This document shows positions 16,164-27,365 of a stretch of 64,000 nt of DNA, in pieces (the first letter of the stretch is position 1; every line of letters starts with the position of its first letter). Under the pieces are notes generated by a model, which did not search any database, was not told where the DNA came from, and was given only the letters and a program-made list of their open reading frames with translations. The stretch lies in assembly GCF_003790525.1 (NCBI RefSeq), contig NZ_CP033635.1; one strand, given 5' to 3'. The position numbers were made by a program, and so were the translations under genes. The stretch comes from Escherichia coli (lineage in GTDB: Bacteria > Pseudomonadota > Gammaproteobacteria > Enterobacterales > Enterobacteriaceae).

Positions 16164-16940
16164 ATGCGAAAGATTTTTCTTCCGTTGTTACTGGTGGCGC
16201 TTTCGCCTGTCGCTCACAGTGAAGGTGTGCAGGAAGTCGAGATTGATGCACCGCTCTCTGGCTGGCATCCGGCAGAGGGCGAAGATGCCAGTTTTTCACA
16301 ATCGATCAATTACCCGGCGTCGTCCGTCAACATGGCAGATGATCAAAATATCTCAGCGCAGATCCGCGGCAAAATAAAGAATTATGCTGCGGCGGGTAAA
16401 GTTCAGCAGGGCCGGCTGGTGGTCAACGGTGCCAGTATGCCGCAGAGAATTGAATCCGATGGTTCATTTGCACGCCCTTATATTTTCACGGAAGGCAGCA
16501 ACAGCGTGCAGGTCATCAGCCCGGATGGGCAAAGCCGGCAAAAAATGCAGTTTTACTCAACGCCGGGTGCTGGAGTGATCCGCGCGCGTTTACGACTGGT
16601 TCTCTCGTGGGATACGGACGATACCGACCTCGACCTTCACGTTGTTACGCCCGATGGCGAACACGCCTGGTACGGTAACACCGTGCTGAACAACAGTGGT
16701 GCACTGGATATGGATGTCACGACGGGGTACGGCCCCGAGATTTTCGCCATGCCAGCGCCAGTTCACGGGCGCTATCAGGTGTATATCAACTACTATGGCG
16801 GACGCAGCGAAACGGAATTAACCACCGCCCAACTGACGCTGATCACCGATGAAGGATCGGTCAATGAGAAACAGGAAACATTTATTGTACCGATGCGTAA
16901 TGCTGGCGAGCTGACGCTGGTGAAAAGTTTTGACTGGTGA
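16164..16940 (+). CDS. yfaP: YfaP, DUF2135-family secreted protein (258 aa)
   Basis: Signal peptide LPLLLVALSPVAHS; last gene of the operon; same length as K-12 YfaP. Confidence 0.85.
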   Translation: MRKIFLPLLLVALSPVAHSEGVQEVEIDAPLSGWHPAEGEDASFSQSINYPASSVNMADDQNISAQIRGKIKNYAAAGKVQQGRLVVNGASMPQRIESDGSFARPYIFTEGSNSVQVISPDGQSRQKMQFYSTPGAGVIRARLRLVLSWDTDDTDLDLHVVTPDGEHAWYGNTVLNNSGALDMDVTTGYGPEIFAMPAPVHGRYQVYINYYGGRSETELTTAQLTLITDEGSVNEKQETFIVPMRNAGELTLVKSFDW

Positions 16941-16979
16941 TTAATGGGGTTACCTTCGCCGTCGATGTTCAAGAAAACG

Positions 16980-17008
16980 CCCGATAACTTTCGCTATCGG
17001 GTGTTTTT
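16980..17008. terminator. Bidirectional rho-independent terminator between yfaP and atoB
   Basis: Stem cccgata/tatcggg with a T-run on the + strand and a T-rich tract on the - strand. Confidence 0.6.
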
Positions 17009-17013
17009 ATTGG

Positions 17014-18198
17014 TTAATTCAACCGTTCAATCACCATCGCAATTCCCTGGCCGCCACCAATGCACAGTGTTGCCAGCCCCAGCGTTTTATCGCGTGCCTG
17101 CATGGCATGTAATAGTGTGACCAGAATACGAGCACCACTGGCACCGATAGGATGCCCGAGCGCGATGGCCCCGCCGTTGACATTCACTTTCTCAGAATCA
17201 AAGCCCAGGGTTTTCCCAACGGCAAGGAACTGTGCGGCAAATGCTTCATTAGCCTCAATGAGATCAATATCCGCCAGTTGCAGCCCCGCCAGTTGTAACG
17301 CTTTTTGCGTGGCAGGTACTGGTCCCATACCCATCAATGCGGGGGGCACGCCACCGCTGGCATAACTTTTAATGCGAGCCAGGGGGGTAAGGCCTGCTGC
17401 CAGCGCCGCAGATTCTTCCATAATCACCAGAGCGGCAGCACCGTCATTAATACCAGACGCGTTCCCGGCGGTGACTGTTCCTGCTTTATCGAAGGCCGGG
17501 CGCAATGCACCTAACGCTTCAGCCGTTGAATTCGCTTTCGGGAATTCGTCTTGACTGAAGACGAAGGTTTTCTTCCGGGTGACAATATTTACCGGGACGA
17601 TTTCGGCTGTAAAAGCACCGGACTCAATTGCGGCTGCCGCTTTACGCTGTGAATGTAGCGCCAGTTCATCCTGCATTTCTCGGGTAATTCCGTACTCTTT
17701 GGCCACGTTCTCGGCGGTAATCCCCATATGATAACCATGAGTGGCGCACATCAGACCATCGCGCAGGATTACGTCATAAACCTGTCCGTCTCCAAGACGA
17801 TAACCAGAGCGTGCTTTTGCATCGAGTAAGTAGGGCGCTAAACTCATATTTTCCATACCCCCCGCCACAATGCTTTGCGCCTGACCTGCCTGAATTGCCT
17901 GGGCGGCAAGCGCCACACTTTTAAGACCCGAACCACACACTTTATTGACCGTGAATCCGCACACCGTTTCTGCCAGCCCGCTTTTTAACAGTGCCTGACG
18001 CGCCGGATTTTGCCCCAGCCCGGCTTGCAACACGTTACCCATAATCACTTCATCAATGTGTAGTGAATCGATTTTTGCACGTTCAATGGCGGCTTTAATT
18101 ACTGTCGCCCCCAGGTCGATGGCGCTGGTGGAAGCGAGTGAACCGTTAAAACTACCGATAGCAGTACGTACCGCACTGACGATGACACAATTTTTCAT
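17014..18198 (-). CDS. atoB: Acetyl-CoA acetyltransferase (thiolase II), 394 aa
   Basis: Thiolase active-site motifs ([32 protein letters not shown]); K-12 length and position. Confidence 0.95.
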   Translation of the reverse strand: MKNCVIVSAVRTAIGSFNGSLASTSAIDLGATVIKAAIERAKIDSLHIDEVIMGNVLQAGLGQNPARQALLKSGLAETVCGFTVNKVCGSGLKSVALAAQAIQAGQAQSIVAGGMENMSLAPYLLDAKARSGYRLGDGQVYDVILRDGLMCATHGYHMGITAENVAKEYGITREMQDELALHSQRKAAAAIESGAFTAEIVPVNIVTRKKTFVFSQDEFPKANSTAEALGALRPAFDKAGTVTAGNASGINDGAAALVIMEESAALAAGLTPLARIKSYASGGVPPALMGMGPVPATQKALQLAGLQLADIDLIEANEAFAAQFLAVGKTLGFDSEKVNVNGGAIALGHPIGASGARILVTLLHAMQARDKTLGLATLCIGGGQGIAMVIERLN

Positions 18199-18228
18199 TT
18201 TATATTCCTTCTGTCTGTAGGGTTGCCG

Positions 18229-19551
18229 TCAGAACAGCGTTAAACCAATGACGAAAATGACGCCGGAGAAGAGCAGGGCAGTGATGCAATAGCCCATGAT
18301 GTCGCGGACACCGAGTCCGGCGATTGCCAGTGCTGGCAGCGCCCAGAACGGTTGTGCCATGTTCATCCATTGCTCGCCGTAGGCGATCGCCATTACCGAT
18401 TTACCGAGATCAGCGCCCAGCGCCTGGGCTGCGGGTATCACGAAAGGTCCCTGAATAACCCAGTGACCGCCGCCAGACGGAACGGCGAAGTTAATCAGTG
18501 CAGAACTAAAAAAGGTCATTACCGGGAAGGTGTCTTTGTTCGCAACATTGATGAAGAATTCGGTAATGAGTCCGCCCAGACCGGAATGCTCCATCATCAG
18601 TTGGATCCCAGCGTAGAAGGGGAATTGCACCAGAATACCGGCAGTACTCCGTGCTGCCGCGCTGATAGCACGCATATAAGCCATTGGCGTTTTATGTAGC
18701 AGCAGACCCGCAATCATAAACATCAGGTTGACGGTATTGATGGTGATGTTGAAGCCATGTTCGCTGAAGTACATCGCAAGGTAAGCGATACCGAGTGCGC
18801 CGATGATCAACGTCAGAATGCGGCTTTCTTCCAGTCGCTCGGATGGTGGGGCATCTTTCGGTAGCTGCTTTTGGAAATCAGCCTCTTCCATGAGTAGTTT
18901 CGGATCGATACTCACCACGTCAGACGGTTTTGGCATCATCATGCGGGTGATAAATGGCATCACCACAATCAACGCCACAGTGATGAAAATGTTAAAACCA
19001 CTGAACAGAGTATCGCCCACCGGGATCAGCCCGGCGATATGCTCAACCGGGTTGCCCGGTGTTGCAGCCAACAGAGGCATTGAGCCAGAGAAACCGCCAC
19101 CCCAGGTGAGAAAACTAATGTAGGCGCAGGCAATGAGCAACGGATAATCAGAACCGGGTACTCGGCGGGCGACTTCACGGGCAAACATTGCGCCGACAAC
19201 CAAACCAAATCCCCAGTTGATGACACAAGCGACTGAACCGAAGAAAGTAACCAGCATGACGCCCTGTACGGGCGTCTTTGCGGCGGAGGCGGCAGTACGC
19301 AGCAAACTTTTTACCGGAGCAGAGCTGGCAAGGGCATGACCGGTAACGATGATAAGCGCCATCTGCATACCAAACGCCAGCAAGTTCCAGAAACCGTCAC
19401 CCCACATTTTCACCATGCTGATCGGCGTTTGTGGTGTTAACCAAAGCGCGATCACGAATGTTAGCAATGTCAGCAACATGGCAAAGATCAGTGGATCGGG
19501 AAGCCACCGGCTGACAAAACGCGTCATAAAACGCGATATGCGACCAATCAT
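18229..19551 (-). CDS. atoE: Short-chain fatty acid transporter AtoE, 440 aa
   Basis: Polytopic membrane protein; K-12 length and position. Confidence 0.92.
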   Translation of the reverse strand: MIGRISRFMTRFVSRWLPDPLIFAMLLTLLTFVIALWLTPQTPISMVKMWGDGFWNLLAFGMQMALIIVTGHALASSAPVKSLLRTAASAAKTPVQGVMLVTFFGSVACVINWGFGLVVGAMFAREVARRVPGSDYPLLIACAYISFLTWGGGFSGSMPLLAATPGNPVEHIAGLIPVGDTLFSGFNIFITVALIVVMPFITRMMMPKPSDVVSIDPKLLMEEADFQKQLPKDAPPSERLEESRILTLIIGALGIAYLAMYFSEHGFNITINTVNLMFMIAGLLLHKTPMAYMRAISAAARSTAGILVQFPFYAGIQLMMEHSGLGGLITEFFINVANKDTFPVMTFFSSALINFAVPSGGGHWVIQGPFVIPAAQALGADLGKSVMAIAYGEQWMNMAQPFWALPALAIAGLGVRDIMGYCITALLFSGVIFVIGLTLF

Positions 19552-20198
19552 AAATCACCCCGTTGCGTATTCAGATCGGCAGCTACTTCAAACCGAGCTT
19601 CTGTTTTGGCACGCACGGTGGCTAAATCACACCCGTCGGCAATTTCGGTGAGCCACATTTTGCCGTCAATAAAACGAAAGACAGCCAGTTCAGTAACCAG
19701 CATATGCACCGCATGTTGCGCAGTGAGAGGCATGGTGCAGCGGCGCAAAATTTTTGCTGAACCATCTTTGGCGCAATGTTCCATGGCGATGATCACTTTG
19801 CGCGACCCGGTCACCAGATCCATCGCGCCACCCATACCGGGCACCATTTTCCCAGGCACTACCCAGTTCGCGAGGTTTGCTTCTTCGTCTACTTGCAAAC
19901 CGCCGAGCACGCAGGCATCAATATGACCGCCACGGATTAGCGCAAATGACATGGCGCTATCAAACATGGCTGCACCGGGTAAAACACCGCACGGTTGTCC
20001 GCCAGCGTTCACCAGATCTGGATGCGCTGTCGTGACCGGGCCTAAACCGAGGAAGCCGTTTTCCGATTGCAGAGTGATATGAATACCCTCCGGTAAATAA
20101 TTGGCGACCATTGTGGGTAAACCGATCCCTAAGTTAACGATGTCACCATCACGAAGCTCTTGCGCCACACGGCGCGCAATACGTTGTTTCGCATCCAT
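19548..20198 (-). CDS. atoA: Acetate CoA-transferase beta subunit, 216 aa
   Basis: CoA-transferase family I subunit B; K-12 length; overlaps atoE start. Confidence 0.93.
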   Translation of the reverse strand: MDAKQRIARRVAQELRDGDIVNLGIGLPTMVANYLPEGIHITLQSENGFLGLGPVTTAHPDLVNAGGQPCGVLPGAAMFDSAMSFALIRGGHIDACVLGGLQVDEEANLANWVVPGKMVPGMGGAMDLVTGSRKVIIAMEHCAKDGSAKILRRCTMPLTAQHAVHMLVTELAVFRFIDGKMWLTEIADGCDLATVRAKTEARFEVAADLNTQRGDL

Positions 20199-20860
20199 TA
20201 TTTGCTCTCCTGTGAAACGATGATGTGGTCGATAACGGCACCAGGGGTGACAATATGGTCAGGTTGCAGCTCGCCGGTTTCGACCAGTTCATCTGGCTCT
20301 ACCAGCGTGATATCAGCCGCAAGGGCTATCAGGGGGTTAAAGTTGCGGGCGCTAAGGTGATAGGTCAGGTTGCCAAGTGTGTCGCAACGATGAGCGCGAA
20401 TTAGCGCCAGGTCGGCGCGCAGCGGGCGTTCGAGCAGCCAGGTTTTACCGTCGAGTGTCAGTGTCTGTTTGCCTTCCTCTACGACGGTACCGACACCTGT
20501 TGGGGTGAGAAAACCACCAAGTCCAGCTCCACCACAGCGAATTTGCTCGATTAGCGTACCTTGCGGCACCAGAACGACGTCCATCTCACCAGAAATCATG
20601 CGCCGACCTGTTTCCGGGTTGGTACCGATATGTGAAGCAATCACTTTGCGGACTCGACCATTGACGATGAGCGGACCGATGCCGGTATCAACAAACGCGG
20701 TATCATTGGCTATCAATGTCAGGTCGCGAACACCAGATTCCAGTAATACTTCAACCAGGCGGGATGGAGTGCCAATCCCCATAAATCCGCCCACCATGAT
20801 GGTCATGCCGTCACGAAAGAAGCCGGTGGCGTCTTGTAATGTCATCAATTTTGTTTTCAT
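20198..20860 (-). CDS. atoD: Acetate CoA-transferase alpha subunit, 220 aa
   Basis: CoA-transferase family I subunit A; K-12 length. Confidence 0.93.
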   Translation of the reverse strand: MKTKLMTLQDATGFFRDGMTIMVGGFMGIGTPSRLVEVLLESGVRDLTLIANDTAFVDTGIGPLIVNGRVRKVIASHIGTNPETGRRMISGEMDVVLVPQGTLIEQIRCGGAGLGGFLTPTGVGTVVEEGKQTLTLDGKTWLLERPLRADLALIRAHRCDTLGNLTYHLSARNFNPLIALAADITLVEPDELVETGELQPDHIVTPGAVIDHIIVSQESK

Positions 20861-20905
20861 TTTTTATCCCTCTTGCATACACCGTTGTGGGTACAGTCAG
20901 GGAAT

Positions 20906-20921
20906 AGCAAGGGGAGTGCCA
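20906..20921 (-). promoter_or_regulatory. Sigma54 (-24/-12) promoter of atoDAEB: TGGCACtccccTTGCT
   Basis: Reverse complement of 20906-20921 is a perfect match to the sigma54 consensus TGGCAC-N5-TTGCW, about 45 bp upstream of the atoD start. Confidence 0.85.
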
Positions 20922-21003
20922 GAATGAGATTATTGGGGGTTGTTATTTAACTAATTGAATAGAAAAGGATAAATTAGATGGGGGTTTATAAGGAGAATGA
21001 GCG

Positions 21004-21044
21004 GCTATGCAGAAAATTGCGCACTGTGCAAATTTCTGCATAGC
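21004..21044. promoter_or_regulatory. AtoC upstream activating sequence (inverted 20-bp repeat gctatgcagaaaattgcgca / tgtgcaaatttctgcatagc)
   Basis: Near-perfect palindrome ~100 bp upstream of the sigma54 promoter, consistent with enhancer-binding-protein sites. Confidence 0.75.
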
Positions 21045-21055
21045 AAGTTTTGGCG

Positions 21056-22441
21056 TTATACATCCGCCGGATCGATACCGTATTCCTGGAGTTTATACAT
21101 CAATGCACGGCGACTGATGCCCAGCATTAACGCAGTGCGGGTTCGGTTTCCTTCTTGTTGTTCCAGCACTTCCATAATGATGCGTTTTTCGACGCGTTTA
21201 ATTTCCTCTTTTAAATTACGCTCACCGACAGGGGCTGTTTTTGCCTCACCAGCATTACAGACTGGCTGACGAATCTGCGGCGGAAGATCCTCAGAGAAAA
21301 TGATCGGGCCTGAGTTCATCACGACGGCGCGTTCAATGACGTTGGAAAGCTCTCGAATATTACCCGGCCATGACCAGGCGGTAAGCAGCGACATTGCCAT
21401 CGGATCGATGTCGATAATATCGCGCTGATTCTCACTACTGAATTTTTGCAAAAAGTGATTAGCTAACAGGGAAATATCTTCCCGGCGATCGCGCAGAGGC
21501 GGTAGTATTAAATGAATAACGTTAAGGCGATAAAAGAGATCTTCACGGAAGGTGCCTTCTTTCACCATTGCCTGCAAGTCGCGGTTGGTGGCAGCAATGA
21601 TGCGGATATCAACTTTTATGGTCTGATGACCGCCAATCCGTTCAAATTCCCGTTCCTGCAGAATGCGTAGTAATTTGGCTTGCAGTACCAGCGGCATTTC
21701 GCCAATTTCGTCGAGGAGCAGAGTACCTTCGTTGGCACGTTCAAATAATCCCTGACGTAAGGTTTGTGCACCAGTAAATGCGCCTTTTTCATGACCAAAC
21801 AGTTCACTTTCGAGCAACGATTCCGGCAGTGCCGCGCAGTTGACTTTAATGAACGGCCCCTTTGCCCTCCGCGAATTGTAGTGAATCGCTCTGGCAATCA
21901 ACTCTTTCCCGGTGCCGCTTTCACCGCTAATCAAGACGCTGGCCTGAGAAAGGGCAATTTTGGCGGTGTCTTTGCAGATGTCCATCATCGCCGGGCTGTT
22001 GGTGAGAATGTGCCCCCATTGCCAGCTGGTGCTCAGTGCCTGGTGCAGATGACGGATCTCTTTTTTCATTGACTGGAGTTGTAAAGTGCGCTGAACGATT
22101 AAATTCAACTCATCGAGATCAAACGGTTTGATAACATAGTCGAAGGCTCCGCAGCGTAGTGCTTCGACGGCGGTTTCCACTTCAGCATAGGCCGTCATCA
22201 GAATAACGGGTGTCCGGGTCTCATGGCTGCGCATCTCCTTGAGTGCCTTGATGCCGTCCATCTCTGGCATGCGGATATCCATCAACACCACGTCAGGGTG
22301 AATATCGGCAAACAGGTGTAATGCTGTGCGCCCGTTGTTCGCACAATGTGTTTCGAATCCTTGTAGTGCAAAAGCGGTGCTCAGCATACGGCGAACATTA
22401 TCTTCATCATCCACAATAAGGATGCGATTAATAGCAGTCAT
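21056..22441 (-). CDS. atoC: Sigma54-dependent response regulator AtoC, 461 aa
   Basis: Receiver domain, AAA+ sigma54-interaction domain (GESGTGKE, GAFTGA) and C-terminal HTH; K-12 length. Confidence 0.95.
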   Translation of the reverse strand: MTAINRILIVDDEDNVRRMLSTAFALQGFETHCANNGRTALHLFADIHPDVVLMDIRMPEMDGIKALKEMRSHETRTPVILMTAYAEVETAVEALRCGAFDYVIKPFDLDELNLIVQRTLQLQSMKKEIRHLHQALSTSWQWGHILTNSPAMMDICKDTAKIALSQASVLISGESGTGKELIARAIHYNSRRAKGPFIKVNCAALPESLLESELFGHEKGAFTGAQTLRQGLFERANEGTLLLDEIGEMPLVLQAKLLRILQEREFERIGGHQTIKVDIRIIAATNRDLQAMVKEGTFREDLFYRLNVIHLILPPLRDRREDISLLANHFLQKFSSENQRDIIDIDPMAMSLLTAWSWPGNIRELSNVIERAVVMNSGPIIFSEDLPPQIRQPVCNAGEAKTAPVGERNLKEEIKRVEKRIIMEVLEQQEGNRTRTALMLGISRRALMYKLQEYGIDPADV

Positions 22442-24264
22442 ACAGTCTGATTTCCCTGCGGGTTGATCGGTAAAATAAGCGTGAAGGTTGCGCCGTAGCC
22501 CGGCAAACTGGCGACGCGAATATCACCCTGATGGGCATTAATGATGCGTTGACTTAACGCCAGACCAAGCCCGGTTCCTGAGGCTTTGGTGGTGAAAAAG
22601 GGATCGAAGATCTTTTTTTGCAGCGAGAGATCAATGCCACAGCCGTTGTCCTCTATCGAAATGGCCTGTTGTGAGTCGCTGTATTGCCAGGTTCGAATGC
22701 GAATTTTCCCTCGTGCACTGATAGCCTGGACGGCATTGATCAGGATATTCAGTAGTACCTGTTTGAGCAGTTCACGATCGGCGTTAATCGGGCTTAATTC
22801 ATTATCCAGTTCGCTTATGAAGTCGACCCGCGCTTGTACGCCGGCGGTTTGTACCAGTACCAGAGTTTCTTCAACCAATGCATTGAGGCTGACTTGTTGC
22901 CATTGACTGTGGCGTGGACGTGAAAATTCGAGCAATTGCTGAATAACTTTGTTAATTGAATCAATTTCTTTGAGTACTACGGACAGATATTCCTGATGTA
23001 TTAGGTCGCTGGTTTGTTGGCGCAAGATCTGTACATAACCACGAATAGCCGTTAGCGGATTACGTACTTCATGCGCCACGCCAGCCATCAGCTCACCCAG
23101 TGTGGCGAGGCGTTCTGCTTGCGCCATGCGGCGCTGGGTTTCTTTGCGGGCAGTTAAATCAGAGAAAATCACCAAAGCACCTATCATTTCACCGTGCGTG
23201 TTATGAATACGACTGGTCGTGACACTGAGTTCAATGGTGCGGTCACGGCCTGGAAAACTGATCTCCAGCGCCACATGTTCGGTGCCATGTTCCAGCGTAT
23301 CCAGTACTGGACTGTAGAACTGAGTATTGTCGAACAACATGGAGTAAGGCTGCCCTACCAGTTCATGACGTTGATAGCCAGTGATGACTTCTGCTGCCGG
23401 GTTCATGGTGGTTACATCACCCTGGCGGTCAATGGCAATGACGCCATCGGCAGCGTTTTCAATAATCAGATCGTTAAGTGTCCGCGTTTCACGCAGTGCC
23501 TGGGCGAGGTTGTTAACACTCTGACTGATTTGCCCCATTTCACCGGGCAATTGTGGTAATCGAGTGGGAATATTTTGTGCCAGAGTCGAGAGGCCATCGG
23601 TGATGATATCTATATTGGCGCTCAGGCGACGGGAGAAAAGGACAATCAACAGCAGGCTTATCAGCAAACCGGCGGTGAGCACAATGATAATCCTCACATC
23701 CATTTTCCAGGCCTGGCGGCGAATATCTTCGGTTAATTCATTGGCCCAGATATAGCCGAGGATTTCACCATTACGCTCAATGGGAATCATTGAATTCAAA
23801 ATATCGCCGCGCACCTGCCTGCCTGAATAAACCAAAGGGGTATTTGTACGCATGACTTCGCGACCAGGGTGATCTGCGGCAATGGTAACGCCGACATTAT
23901 TCTGATATAGCGCTGAAGGCGCGTAGGTGATTATCGCATCCAGCGTTTTGTTGTAATAACCAGCGCCGATGCCAGGGAAGGCGTGAGTGATATTTTCGGT
24001 AATGGGGGCAAGTTCTGCATTTAATGCGCGGATACGCTCCTCACGTGGTAAGTCGATGTAGAGATCATAGCGATCGCCTAGTGCCTGATTAAGCAGGTTG
24101 ACCACGGCAGAAAGTTTTTTCTCTTTTTCAGATAAGACTGCTGAACGTCCTTCCGTTTCTACGATATAACCAATAGTAAGCGTTGGGACAATGACCATCA
24201 GGATTGCCATCAGGATCATTTGATTGCGTAAGCGGCGTGGATAAATCCACTTCATATAATGCAT
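22438..24264 (-). CDS. atoS: Sensor histidine kinase AtoS, 608 aa
   Basis: Two transmembrane segments, PAS, H-box (HEVRNPL) and HATPase motifs; start taken at MHYMKW. Confidence 0.93.
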   Translation of the reverse strand: MHYMKWIYPRRLRNQMILMAILMVIVPTLTIGYIVETEGRSAVLSEKEKKLSAVVNLLNQALGDRYDLYIDLPREERIRALNAELAPITENITHAFPGIGAGYYNKTLDAIITYAPSALYQNNVGVTIAADHPGREVMRTNTPLVYSGRQVRGDILNSMIPIERNGEILGYIWANELTEDIRRQAWKMDVRIIIVLTAGLLISLLLIVLFSRRLSANIDIITDGLSTLAQNIPTRLPQLPGEMGQISQSVNNLAQALRETRTLNDLIIENAADGVIAIDRQGDVTTMNPAAEVITGYQRHELVGQPYSMLFDNTQFYSPVLDTLEHGTEHVALEISFPGRDRTIELSVTTSRIHNTHGEMIGALVIFSDLTARKETQRRMAQAERLATLGELMAGVAHEVRNPLTAIRGYVQILRQQTSDLIHQEYLSVVLKEIDSINKVIQQLLEFSRPRHSQWQQVSLNALVEETLVLVQTAGVQARVDFISELDNELSPINADRELLKQVLLNILINAVQAISARGKIRIRTWQYSDSQQAISIEDNGCGIDLSLQKKIFDPFFTTKASGTGLGLALSQRIINAHQGDIRVASLPGYGATFTLILPINPQGNQTV

Positions 24265-24430
24265 GCTGAAATCCACTAGTCTTGTCCGGTATATGACGAT
24301 TATCAGAGGTTAAGGTGATGATTTCTCGGCGGTGTATCATATTCCAGAGAAGAGAGAACATTGCGGTAACACGCTTTTACCGCTACCTTAACCACACTCC
24401 ATCGGTCACCTGAGGCGGAGCTTCGCCCCT

Positions 24431-27280
24431 TTGAAATACCTTGCTTCTTTTCGTACAACCCTGAAAGCCTCGCGCTACATGTTCAGAGCATTGGCGTTAG
24501 TGCTCTGGCTGTTGATTGCTTTTTCATCCGTTTTTTACATCGTTAATGCGTTACATCAGCGAGAATCGGAAATTCGTCAGGAATTTAATCTGAGTTCCGA
24601 TCAGGCTCAGCGCTTTATTCAACGCACCTCTGATGTGATGAAAGAGCTGAAGTACATCGCCGAAAATCGCTTATCGGCAGAAAACGGTGTGCTTTCCCCG
24701 CGTGGACGAGAAACGCAGACGGATGTGCCTGCGTTTGAACCGCTGTTTGCTGACTCTGATTGTTCCGCAATGAGTAACACCTGGCGAGGTTCTCTGGAGT
24801 CATTGGCGTGGTTTATGCGCTACTGGCGCGATAATTTTTCTGCGGCTTACGATCTCAACCGGGTATTTTTAATCGGCAGCGATAACCTCTGCATGGCCAA
24901 TTTCGGTCTGCGTGATATGCCAGTGGAACGCGATACCGCGCTAAAAGCTTTGCATGAACGCATTAATAAATATCGAAATGCACCACAAGATGATAGTGGC
25001 AGTAACCTCTACTGGATCAGCGAAGGTCCGCGCCCTGGCGTCGGGTATTTTTACGCGTTGACGCCAGTTTATCTGGCGAACCGGTTGCAGGCGCTTTTGG
25101 GTGTCGAGCAGACCATCCGGATGGAGAACTTTTTCTTGCCTGGTACGTTGCCGATGGGGGTTACCATTCTTGATGAAAATGGTCATACCCTGATTTCGCT
25201 TACCGGACCAGAAAGCAAAATTAAGGGCGATCCTCGCTGGATGCAGGAACGCTCCTGGTTTGGCTATACGGAAGGGTTCCGGGAGCTGGTGCTGAAGAAA
25301 AATCTGCCACCCTCATCGCTAAGCATCGTGTATTCGGTGCCGGTTGATAAGGTGCTGGAACGCATTCGCATGTTGATCCTTAACGCAATTTTGCTGAATG
25401 TGCTTGCCGGAGCTGCATTGTTTACTCTCGCGCGGATGTACGAGCGACGTATTTTCATTCCGGCGGAAAGCGACGCCCTGCGACTGGAAGAACATGAGCA
25501 GTTTAATCGCAAGATTGTCGCCTCCGCGCCAGTGGGTATCTGCATTTTGCGTACCGCTGATGGCGTCAATATTTTAAGTAACGAACTGGCGCATACCTAT
25601 CTCAATATGCTTACGCATGAGGATCGCCAACGGCTGACACAAATTATCTGTGGGCAGCAGGTCAATTTTGTTGATGTCCTGACCAGCAACAATACCAATC
25701 TGCAAATCAGCTTCGTCCATTCGCGCTATCGTAATGAAAACGTGGCCATTTGTGTGCTGGTGGATGTTTCTTCGCGCGTGAAGATGGAAGAGTCGTTGCA
25801 GGAGATGGCACAAGCAGCGGAACAGGCGAGTCAGTCAAAATCGATGTTCCTTGCCACCGTCAGTCATGAGCTGCGAACGCCGCTGTATGGCATTATCGGT
25901 AACCTGGATCTATTGCAAACCAAAGAGTTGCCGAAAGGCGTCGATCGTCTGGTGACGGCAATGAACAACTCTTCCAGCCTGTTGTTGAAAATTATCAGCG
26001 ATATTCTCGATTTCTCGAAGATTGAATCAGAACAGTTGAAGATCGAACCGCGTGAGTTTTCACCGCGTGAAGTGATGAACCACATCACCGCCAACTATTT
26101 ACCGCTGGTGGTACGCAAGCAGTTAGGCTTGTACTGCTTTATTGAACCGGATGTGCCAGTGGCCTTAAATGGCGACCCGATGCGTTTACAGCAGGTCATC
26201 TCCAACCTGTTGAGTAACGCCATAAAATTCACCGATACCGGCTGTATAGTTTTGCAAGTTCGCGCTGATGGCGATTATCTCTCTATCCGTGTTCGCGATA
26301 CCGGCGTGGGGATTCCGGCGAAAGAAGTCGTGCGCTTGTTTGATCCCTTCTTCCAGGTCGGAACGGGCGTACAGCGAAACTTCCAGGGGACCGGTCTGGG
26401 TCTGGCGATTTGTGAAAAACTGATCAGCATGATGGACGGCGACATCTCGGTAGATTCAGAACCGGGAATGGGCAGCCAGTTTACCGTGCGTATTCCGTTG
26501 TACGGCGCTCAGTACCCGCAGAAAAAAGGCGTGGAAGGGTTGAGTGGTAAACGCTGCTGGCTGGCGGTCCGCAATGCGTCGCTCTGTCAGTTCCTGGAAA
26601 CCAGTTTGCAGCGCAGCGGCATCGTCGTTACAACATACGAAGGGCAGGAACCGACTCCCGAAGATGTGTTAATTACTGACGAGGTAGTGAGTAAAAAATG
26701 GCAGGGTAGAGCGGTAGTGACCTTCTGTCGTCGCCATATTGGTATTCCGCTGGAGAAAGCGCCAGGGGAGTGGGTACACAGTGTGGCGGCCCCGCATGAG
26801 CTACCGGCATTGTTGGCGCGTATTTATTTGATCGAGATGGAGAGCGATGATCCTGCTAACGCTCTGCCGTCGACGGACAAAGCGGTCAGCGATAACGACG
26901 ATATGATGATTCTGGTCGTGGATGATCATCCGATTAACCGGCGTCTTCTGGCAGATCAGTTGGGATCGTTGGGCTATCAATGTAAAACCGCGAATGATGG
27001 CGTCGATGCGCTTAATGTACTTAGCAAGAATCATATTGATATCGTGCTTAGCGACGTCAACATGCCAAATATGGATGGTTACCGCTTGACGCAACGCATT
27101 CGTCAGTTGGGACTGACGTTGCCGGTAATCGGAGTAACTGCTAATGCGTTGGCTGAAGAGAAGCAGCGGTGTCTGGAGTCCGGTATGGACAGCTGCCTGT
27201 CGAAGCCGGTAACGCTGGATGTGATAAAACAGACGCTGACGGTATATGCCGAGAGGGTCAGGAAATCGCGGGAATCGTAG
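24431..27280 (+). CDS. rcsC: Hybrid sensor kinase RcsC, 949 aa
   Basis: HisKA (HELRTPL), HATPase and C-terminal receiver domains; K-12 length. Confidence 0.96.
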   Translation: MKYLASFRTTLKASRYMFRALALVLWLLIAFSSVFYIVNALHQRESEIRQEFNLSSDQAQRFIQRTSDVMKELKYIAENRLSAENGVLSPRGRETQTDVPAFEPLFADSDCSAMSNTWRGSLESLAWFMRYWRDNFSAAYDLNRVFLIGSDNLCMANFGLRDMPVERDTALKALHERINKYRNAPQDDSGSNLYWISEGPRPGVGYFYALTPVYLANRLQALLGVEQTIRMENFFLPGTLPMGVTILDENGHTLISLTGPESKIKGDPRWMQERSWFGYTEGFRELVLKKNLPPSSLSIVYSVPVDKVLERIRMLILNAILLNVLAGAALFTLARMYERRIFIPAESDALRLEEHEQFNRKIVASAPVGICILRTADGVNILSNELAHTYLNMLTHEDRQRLTQIICGQQVNFVDVLTSNNTNLQISFVHSRYRNENVAICVLVDVSSRVKMEESLQEMAQAAEQASQSKSMFLATVSHELRTPLYGIIGNLDLLQTKELPKGVDRLVTAMNNSSSLLLKIISDILDFSKIESEQLKIEPREFSPREVMNHITANYLPLVVRKQLGLYCFIEPDVPVALNGDPMRLQQVISNLLSNAIKFTDTGCIVLQVRADGDYLSIRVRDTGVGIPAKEVVRLFDPFFQVGTGVQRNFQGTGLGLAICEKLISMMDGDISVDSEPGMGSQFTVRIPLYGAQYPQKKGVEGLSGKRCWLAVRNASLCQFLETSLQRSGIVVTTYEGQEPTPEDVLITDEVVSKKWQGRAVVTFCRRHIGIPLEKAPGEWVHSVAAPHELPALLARIYLIEMESDDPANALPSTDKAVSDNDDMMILVVDDHPINRRLLADQLGSLGYQCKTANDGVDALNVLSKNHIDIVLSDVNMPNMDGYRLTQRIRQLGLTLPVIGVTANALAEEKQRCLESGMDSCLSKPVTLDVIKQTLTVYAERVRKSRES

Positions 27281-27282
27281 GA

Positions 27283-27363
27283 CGGATAAGGCGTTTACGC
27301 CGCATCTGGCATTCAGTGCAAATGCCAGATAAGACACTAACGCGTCTTATCTGGCCTACAGGT
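27283..27363. repeat. REP/BIME palindromic repeat cluster between rcsC and rcsB
   Basis: gacggataaggcgtttacgccgcatctggca ... gtcttatctggcctacagg, REP consensus family. Confidence 0.75.
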
Positions 27364-27365
27364 GA

